A DNA stretch of 12,524 nt from Candidatus Micrarchaeota archaeon (GTDB lineage: Archaea > Micrarchaeota > Micrarchaeia > Anstonellales > Bilamarchaeaceae), in assembly GCA_018304385.1 (NCBI GenBank), contig JAGVWJ010000036.1, forward strand, positions 1 through 12,524. Reading direction: 5' to 3'. The stretch's first letter is position 1. Each line of letters begins with the position of its first letter. The notes beneath the pieces were generated by a model, which saw only the letters and a program-made list of their open reading frames with translations, was not told where the DNA came from and searched no databases. Of this stretch, positions 6,579-12,524 are shown in pieces. Both the position numbers and the translations under genes were made by a program.

Positions 6579-8222
6579 TCACGATTCTGAATATGGAAGT
6601 TTATTAACAATATTAATGAAATATGATGGTACTTTCAATTTTCTCAAAAAGGAGGATAATAATTTGATATCATTCCTATCTAATAACCTCAAGTAGACTG
6701 CCCCAACAACATAAATACTCGTCATAAATAAAAACAAAAGTCCTAATACAAAAAAGACTGAAAAATGGGATAACCCAAAGGAACTAAAAGGCGATGCGAT
6801 AAACGAGTTAATAACGGAAAATAAGCTGACTCTAACAAAAGAGAGTGTCACGAATAAAAATAAGAAGAAGCCAAAAAACGGCAACAACCATGAAGAAAAG
6901 TTAAAACCAAAGAACTTCTTGCTATAATAAGCTGCAAGAATAGATGTAACAAAATAAAAAAACATGAAAGAAAATGCTGCCCCTTCTATCCCTAATCTTG
7001 GAATCAACATAAGATTCAGACCAATATTTGAAATCACGCCAACTATGGTTATTTTAAATCCCAGATCAGCACGCTTTAAAGCGGAAAATGCGTTTTTCTG
7101 AGAGTAACCGAGGGTAAAGAACAAAAACCCTAAAATAATCAAAAATAGGGTCGATCCACCAGAAGAATAATCAGGGCCATAGAGTGTACCCAATATTTCA
7201 GATGGATATATCATGAAAAACAGGAATAGTGGACCTGTTGCAAGAAAAGACCACTTTGTAGAAGAATTTGTCAAATTGTTTATCTTAGAAAAATCTTTTT
7301 CGTCTCTGCCATGTATACTGGCGATTATTGGTATAAATATTCCTCCTATGGCAGAGGAAAAAATCTGCAAGAAAGTTCCGAAACCAAGTGATATTGAATA
7401 AACTGCAATTAAGGAGGCAGAAGATATAGGTTCCATGAAGTAACCTAATAAAATACGATCAGAACTAGAGAACACAGTGCTTATGATATTCGTGATTATA
7501 ATCGCGGATGTGAATGGTAAGAGTTCCATTATCAATTGACTGTATGTGATTTTTTCTATTCTTGGTTTCTCAATAGACTTGTACAAAATGAAGAAGTAGT
7601 ATAATGATATGATGACGCCAATTGAAAATGAAATTATGAATATAAGCGAGAGTGAGGCCGCATTCGCCCCAAAGAAGTACAAAACTACAGGGATTAACAA
7701 TATTTTCGAAACCAACTGGCTGATCTGCGTAATAGACACTTCTTTCATCAATCTGAACACAGTAACAAAGGCTATGGCAAGACCAAAAAATGAATTCAGT
7801 ATGAAATAAATTGCAAGAATTTTCAATGGGCTAGAAACCTGTGTATTGCCAAAATAAAGTGAAATATCCTTGGAGAAAAATATGAAAAAAGCAAATGTAA
7901 TTATTGATGTTATTGCCCCAAGAATAAATGAAAGTTTCACAAGTTTTCTCAGATGATCTGTTTTCCCACTTCCATTATAATAGGCGCCATAAGTCTGCAA
8001 TGTACTGACGAACTCAAAACCAGTGAATACGGTAAATAAACTGATTACGCTAAAGGCCAAATAATAAATTCCTACTTCTTCTAGAGGAAACAACCTTGCG
8101 ATGATGATTGTGAAGATAATACCCAAGAATCTGCCTAGGAAAAGCCCTATAAAAAGCCAGAACGATCCTTTTCCCATATCCTTGTAATCCTTATCCATTT
8201 CAACTGTCTCTATACCCGCCAT
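6579..8222 (-). CDS. Wzx/MATE-family oligosaccharide flippase (polysaccharide biosynthesis protein)
   Basis: 547 aa with about 12-14 hydrophobic segments. It shows the typical pattern IIIARL..EEVGIY, SSDRILLGYF...IAVYS and NIGLNLMLIPRLGIEGAA, and lies among glycosyltransferase genes. Confidence 0.9.
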   Translation of the reverse strand: MAGIETVEMDKDYKDMGKGSFWLFIGLFLGRFLGIIFTIIIARLFPLEEVGIYYLAFSVISLFTVFTGFEFVSTLQTYGAYYNGSGKTDHLRKLVKLSFILGAITSIITFAFFIFFSKDISLYFGNTQVSSPLKILAIYFILNSFFGLAIAFVTVFRLMKEVSITQISQLVSKILLIPVVLYFFGANAASLSLIFIISFSIGVIISLYYFFILYKSIEKPRIEKITYSQLIMELLPFTSAIIITNIISTVFSSSDRILLGYFMEPISSASLIAVYSISLGFGTFLQIFSSAIGGIFIPIIASIHGRDEKDFSKINNLTNSSTKWSFLATGPLFLFFMIYPSEILGTLYGPDYSSGGSTLFLIILGFLFFTLGYSQKNAFSALKRADLGFKITIVGVISNIGLNLMLIPRLGIEGAAFSFMFFYFVTSILAAYYSKKFFGFNFSSWLLPFFGFFLFLFVTLSFVRVSLFSVINSFIASPFSSFGLSHFSVFFVLGLLFLFMTSIYVVGAVYLRLLDRNDIKLLSSFLRKLKVPSYFINIVNKLPYSES

Positions 8223-8246
8223 AAAAATTTACCTTTATGCCATATA

Positions 8247-9962
8247 TTATACTATAAATTTACGATACCAAAGCTCAAAGCATAGCATAATCCAAAGAGC
8301 ATGCGCTTTTCTACCCTTATTAAAACCACGAATATCAATAAACTTCTTGTATTCTTGTATGTTTATGTAATCTTCTCTTACATGCGAATCATCAAGAATA
8401 GAAATGGCAAAATCCATAATTTCTTTATCTTTGAACCAGTAGTATGGTGAAGCACCGAAACCGCGCTTTGCACGTTTTATTGTTATTTGAGGTAGCAGAT
8501 CTTTTACTGCTAATTTAAATATATATTTACCATTAAAACCCCTGAGCTTTAAATTAATTGGGGTATTCTTGGAAAAATCAAGCAGGGTATTATCAAGTAG
8601 AGGTACACGTGCCTCTATTGAACCTGCCATTGTCGCGCGGTCAACTTTAGTGAGCAACTGATTTGGAAGCGTTTCATTAAGCTCAAAATCCAAAACACTT
8701 TGTAAGCTTTTTGAGTTCTTAAAATAGTCCTTATATATTTTTTCTCCATAAATAGAAGGATTTTTTATTATATTACGCCAGGTGTTATTATCTGTCATTT
8801 TCAAAAAACGCTCATAGAACCTCTGCTTAATAATAGCTGGAGTAAACCAAAAATAGTTTGAGAAGAATTTATAACGATTATAGCCAGCAAATAGCTCATC
8901 ACCACCTTCTCCGGTGAGCACAACAGTAACATACTTTTTCGCATATTTTGAAAGCTTATAAACTGGCAAAGCTGCAGCATCCCAATTTAGATCATCATAA
9001 TAATAGATAAAATCTTGAAGAATTTTCGGAACTTCTCCTGAGTATATGAAAATTTCATGGTGGTCTGTGCCAATATCATCTGCAACCAAGCGTGCATATT
9101 GACTCTCGTCATCCTCGCGTCCGAAACCAATATTAAATGTCTTTAAATCATCGTTTGATCTTTTCATAAGGGCAACTACTGTGCTTGAATCTATACCACC
9201 AGATAAGTAAGCACCTACTGGGACATCTGCAACCATCTGAGATTGAACAGACTCTTCTACCAATTTTCTTAAACTCTTTGGTGAAACATTGATTTTTTCG
9301 CTGCTGCCTTTCACATACTTTCTAATGCGGACAGTTTTTGAATCTGAAATTAACATATGCCCAGGTAATAATCTCTTTATTCCTTTAAATAACGTTTTTT
9401 CATCAAACGAGGTGCCAAATGAAAAATAAGAAGAAACCGCATCAAAGTCAAGCTCTGGCTTAATTTCTTTTGTTGATATAATTGCTTTGATTTCTGAACC
9501 AAAGAGCAAATTGCTATTAGATAATACATAATAAAGCGGTTTAATGCCAACTCTGTCCCTAGCAAGTATTAATTTTCTTTTATTTGAGTCATATAGTGCA
9601 AAGCCAAACATACCATTAAATTTATCTGCAAAATCATTCTCACCAAATTGTTCATAAGCATGAACGATTACTTCGGTATCTGTATTTGTGTAAAATTTAT
9701 GCCCAGATTTTTCTAAACTTTTTCTAAGCTCCTTATAGTTATATATCTCCCCGTTAAAAATAACTAGAACGCTTTTATCTTCATTAAAAATAGGGTATAA
9801 CCCTTTTTTGAGGTCAATTATACTTAGCCTTCTAAAACCAAGACCAATGCCTTCATCAAAAAAATAACCATTATCATCAGGACCTCTATGAATCAAAGTA
9901 GCGGTCATTTTTTTAATCTGATCTTTTGAATACTCGCCAAATATGCCACAGATACCACACAT
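8247..9962 (-). CDS. asnB: Asparagine synthase (glutamine-hydrolysing)-family amidotransferase, glycan-cluster type
   Basis: Glutaminase motifs: N-terminal MCGICG (Ntn nucleophile), HRGPDD, FNGEIYN, TDTEV, ARDRVGIKPLYY. Synthetase motifs: LSGGIDSS PP-loop, LTGEGGDELFAGY, KVDRATMAGSIEARVPLLD. Confidence 0.93.
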   Translation of the reverse strand: MCGICGIFGEYSKDQIKKMTATLIHRGPDDNGYFFDEGIGLGFRRLSIIDLKKGLYPIFNEDKSVLVIFNGEIYNYKELRKSLEKSGHKFYTNTDTEVIVHAYEQFGENDFADKFNGMFGFALYDSNKRKLILARDRVGIKPLYYVLSNSNLLFGSEIKAIISTKEIKPELDFDAVSSYFSFGTSFDEKTLFKGIKRLLPGHMLISDSKTVRIRKYVKGSSEKINVSPKSLRKLVEESVQSQMVADVPVGAYLSGGIDSSTVVALMKRSNDDLKTFNIGFGREDDESQYARLVADDIGTDHHEIFIYSGEVPKILQDFIYYYDDLNWDAAALPVYKLSKYAKKYVTVVLTGEGGDELFAGYNRYKFFSNYFWFTPAIIKQRFYERFLKMTDNNTWRNIIKNPSIYGEKIYKDYFKNSKSLQSVLDFELNETLPNQLLTKVDRATMAGSIEARVPLLDNTLLDFSKNTPINLKLRGFNGKYIFKLAVKDLLPQITIKRAKRGFGASPYYWFKDKEIMDFAISILDDSHVREDYINIQEYKKFIDIRGFNKGRKAHALWIMLCFELWYRKFIV

Positions 9963-9964
9963 AA

Positions 9965-10006
9965 CAGTTTTCAGTCCCCAGTTTTCAGTTTTCGGTCTTG
10001 AGTTTT
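9965..10006. repeat. Degenerate 7-bp tandem repeat, 6 units, consensus CAGTTTT (AAAACTG on the minus strand)
   Basis: The units are CAGTTTT, CAGTCCC, CAGTTTT, CAGTTTT, CGGTCTT and GAGTTTT. They span the GT4 C-terminal codons, its stop and the spacer to asnB. Confidence 0.75.
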
Positions 10007-11149
10007 GATGCGATTGTATGATGTAATAAATTTACTTATTCTTTTCTCGACTGTTAAATTATTTATAACATAAGATCTTCCATTCTTTGCTATTTTATTT
10101 GCTATTTCTCTATCGGCTAAAACCTTGCTTATTGCTTGCGCAAGTTCTTTTGAATCTTTCGATTTTACAAGTATTCCCCGATTGTTTTCTAAAAGCTCCA
10201 TGTTTCCACCAACTGCCGTGGCAATAGAGGGCAAACCAAAGAGCATAGCTTCCATTAATGATCTGCTTAATCCTTCTGCGAGTGAGGGAAGAACAAAAAC
10301 ATCGCTAGCGCAATAAGCGGTTTTCATCAGTTCATGTCTTAAGAAAGGGATAGTTAGTATTTTATTTTTGTAGTTGCGATTTCGACCGAGCCAACCATGA
10401 ACGATTTTCTCGTCAAAACCACCGCCAATTAATAAAAGCGTGATATCTTTCCTTCTATTCAACAAATTAGATGCTGCAGTAAGTAGTGTGTCAAGTCCTT
10501 TTTCAGCTACAAACCTGCCAGTAAAAAGAATAATTTTATCTCTTGTTTTAATATTTAAAAGCGAGCGCGCGTTGCTCTTCTGAATCTTTGAATAATAGTT
10601 TTTATCAACAGCATTCTGTATTGCTACTGCTTTTATTTTATACTTATGTTCGAGCTGATTTTTAAGAGCTATGGAATCGCATGTTATTATATCGACATGT
10701 TTTAATACGAAACGTTCGATTTTCTCAGCTATTGTTTTTTTAATGCCTTTAATTCGCACTTCGCTCCAGGGACCATGCATGGTCAAAAAATGAGGTTTAT
10801 GAAATAACTTTGCACACGCAATGCCTGTAAGCGCTGCTGGCGGATTATGAGAATGAATTACGTCTGGATTAAACTCTTTTATTGCTTTTATTGCTGTAGG
10901 TAAGGAAAATAATGAATGTGTTATTTTGCTTTCCCGAAAACCAAGATACAAAAATCTTGTACGATATATTGGAATTTTAAAAAGTTCTTGATCAATGTTT
11001 TTTTCAGCGCGCGTTACAACCGCAAGCTCGACATTTTTTTTCAATAGGCCTTCAACTAACTGCGCTATGCAAGCACTACCACCGCCTTGGATAATTGTTC
11101 CATCTTTGGATTTATATGGAAAATCAGTAGAAATCATCAAGATACGCAT
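9971..11149 (-). CDS. Glycosyltransferase family 4 (GT-B, retaining)
   Basis: Motifs MRILMIS, DVIHSH, FTGRFVAEKG and DVFVLPSLAEGLSRSLMEAM (intact EX7E). I prefer ATG 11149, just after the upstream stop, over GTG 11158. Confidence 0.93.
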   Translation of the reverse strand: MRILMISTDFPYKSKDGTIIQGGGSACIAQLVEGLLKKNVELAVVTRAEKNIDQELFKIPIYRTRFLYLGFRESKITHSLFSLPTAIKAIKEFNPDVIHSHNPPAALTGIACAKLFHKPHFLTMHGPWSEVRIKGIKKTIAEKIERFVLKHVDIITCDSIALKNQLEHKYKIKAVAIQNAVDKNYYSKIQKSNARSLLNIKTRDKIILFTGRFVAEKGLDTLLTAASNLLNRRKDITLLLIGGGFDEKIVHGWLGRNRNYKNKILTIPFLRHELMKTAYCASDVFVLPSLAEGLSRSLMEAMLFGLPSIATAVGGNMELLENNRGILVKSKDSKELAQAISKVLADREIANKIAKNGRSYVINNLTVEKRISKFITSYNRIKTQDRKLKTGD

Positions 11150-11150
11150 A

Positions 11151-12248
11151 TTAAGCACTTCTCAATAGTTTTTCATATATACTTTGGTAACCGTTAATCA
11201 TTCTATCGATTGTAAAATCTCTTGCAATTGTTTTTCTGGCGTTTTTAGCTAATTTCTGCGCTAGTTTTTTATTTTCAATAAGCTCTATTACTTTTTCAGT
11301 TATCACATCGTTATCTTTAATTGGAATAAAAATTCCATTTTCATAATTTTTGATTAAATCCTTGCTTCCGTCTGCATTAGTTGCGATAACAGGCAAACCT
11401 GCAGCCATTGCTTCCATAATTACGCCTGGCATACCATCTCTAAGTGAGGGAGAAACAAAGATATCTGTTGCTTTCAAGATTTGAGGAATGTCGTTACGAC
11501 TTCCAAGAAATATGATTTTATTATTTAGGTTAAGCTTGTAAACTAGTTGCTCTAAATTTTTTCTATTTTTCCCTTCCCCAACAAGCAACAATTTGGCATT
11601 TGGATATTTTGCTAAGATGCTCGAAAATGCCTTAATTAGATAATCCTGGCCTTTGTACCAAACTAATCTACCAGTAAATGTGATTATTAAATTTCTTTCA
11701 CTGAAGCCAAGAAGCCTCTTTGCCTCTTCCTTTGGGATTTTTAGTTTGTAGTCTTTAATATTCTTACCGTTTGGAACGTAGTAAATTTTATTTTCTGAGA
11801 TGCTGTTCTTTCTCAGTTCAGTTATCCCATCTTTAAAATTTGTAACTGTTGCATCTGCCAACCATGCAGTTAATTTATTAAAAATATGAACAAACCATGG
11901 CTTCCAGCGATCACTATCACGCTTACTGCATAGAACCTTTTTACCAGTAAGTTTTCCAATTAACCTGGCTATTAGGTTATCTAAAAATAAATAGGAATGT
12001 ATTACATCTGGTTTTTCTCTTAGAACTAAAAGGAATAATTTAACAAAAGCAAGTGGAAAAAGGTATAAGGAATTAATCTTTAGAGAATAAACCTGTATGC
12101 CAGTCTGTTCTAATTTCTTTTTGTATACACCGCCTTCATAAATAGAACAAATAATGTGTTTATTTGATTTATCTGAGCTAGCAATATATGCTAGCATTGT
12201 TTCAGCACCTGCACTAGCTAAAGTAGAGGTTAAATGAAGAATTTTCAT
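11151..12248 (-). CDS. Glycosyltransferase family 4 (GT-B, retaining), DX7E variant
   Basis: Motifs MKILHL...AGAE, PDVIHSY, FTGRLVWYKG and DIFVSPSLRDGMPGVIMEAMAAGLPVIAT. Confidence 0.93.
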   Translation of the reverse strand: MKILHLTSTLASAGAETMLAYIASSDKSNKHIICSIYEGGVYKKKLEQTGIQVYSLKINSLYLFPLAFVKLFLLVLREKPDVIHSYLFLDNLIARLIGKLTGKKVLCSKRDSDRWKPWFVHIFNKLTAWLADATVTNFKDGITELRKNSISENKIYYVPNGKNIKDYKLKIPKEEAKRLLGFSERNLIITFTGRLVWYKGQDYLIKAFSSILAKYPNAKLLLVGEGKNRKNLEQLVYKLNLNNKIIFLGSRNDIPQILKATDIFVSPSLRDGMPGVIMEAMAAGLPVIATNADGSKDLIKNYENGIFIPIKDNDVITEKVIELIENKKLAQKLAKNARKTIARDFTIDRMINGYQSIYEKLLRSA

Positions 12249-12270
12249 AAATATATCGATAAAAGAAAGT

Positions 12271-12278
12271 ATTTAAAA
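12271..12278 (-). promoter_or_regulatory. Candidate TATA box TTTTAAAT for the glycosylation operon (leaderless)
   Basis: 22 nt lie between the box and the ATG at 12248, with no SD. It sits in the 35-bp gap after the upstream stop. Confidence 0.55.
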
Positions 12279-12283
12279 TTAGA

Positions 12284-12523
12284 TTATGGCGCCCCTTGTT
12301 CTTCACCTAGTGAAGTAGTTGGTTCTGGGTCAACATATCTACGTATTCTTATCCAGTCATATATGGAAGGGGATACGTCTTCTGCGATAAATGGATGAAG
12401 AGGGATGACACCGGTAGGAATATCCGTAACAGAACTTACTATATTACCGCTGTCATCATATCCATAAGCTAAATCATCTCTAATTATTGCTACTCCACCT
12501 ATTACAAATCTTCCTGCAACCCT
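12284..12523 (-). CDS. 3' end (79 aa) of a probable surface protein with a DUF2341/ConA-like lectin-fold region; partial and absent from the ORF track
   Basis: The frame is open from the window edge: RVAGRFVIGG...DVSPSIYDWIRIRRYVDPEPTTSLGEEQGAP*. The tail YDWIRIRRY..PEPT.S.GEE matches, from memory, the conserved end of archaeal DUF2341-containing proteins. Confidence 0.7.
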   Translation of the reverse strand, partial: RVAGRFVIGGVAIIRDDLAYGYDDSGNIVSSVTDIPTGVIPLHPFIAEDVSPSIYDWIRIRRYVDPEPTTSLGEEQGAP

Positions 12524-12524
12524 A

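Noticed and set aside
1070-10316. Short alternative-frame or antisense ORFs in the track (1070-1402, 2026-2244, 3264-3584, 4393-4713, 5528-5899, 6146-6481, 7213-7401, 7609-7809, 9377-9565, 10125-10316)
   Set aside because: All lie almost entirely inside longer, better-supported genes and show shadow-ORF composition with no motifs.
1-12524. CRISPR array, tRNA, rRNA, transposase or integrase
   Set aside because: I saw no regularly spaced 25-45 bp repeats, cloverleaf or rRNA signatures, or recombinase motifs. Intergenic gaps are too short to hold them.

Overview
AT-rich, gene-dense window that looks archaeal. Three minus-strand genes have TATA-like boxes 21-22 nt before an SD-less ATG, one gene has a GGTGA-type SD, the transketolase is split, and the phosphohexomutase is of the archaeal type. 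A DPANN host such as Micrarchaeota is an inference. From left to right: (i) a + strand non-oxidative pentose-phosphate operon (rpe, transketolase N- and C-subunits) preceded by a perfect 9-bp hairpin; (ii) a 2.4-kb block of four uncharacterised genes: a 328-aa soluble protein, a divergent 2-TM pilin-like hairpin protein with a Cys-rich sequon-bearing tail, and a tandem pair of diverged helical paralogs; (iii) a GC-rich structured 60-bp intergenic element; (iv) a minus-strand glycosylation operon (GT4, GT4, AsnB-like amidotransferase, Wzx/MATE flippase, GlmM/PMM) with a degenerate 7-bp tandem repeat at the GT4/asnB junction; (v) the 3' end of a probable DUF2341-type surface protein gene that is not in the ORF track. 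I found no tRNA, rRNA, CRISPR array or transposase. No searches were run, so family calls rest on motifs read by eye.
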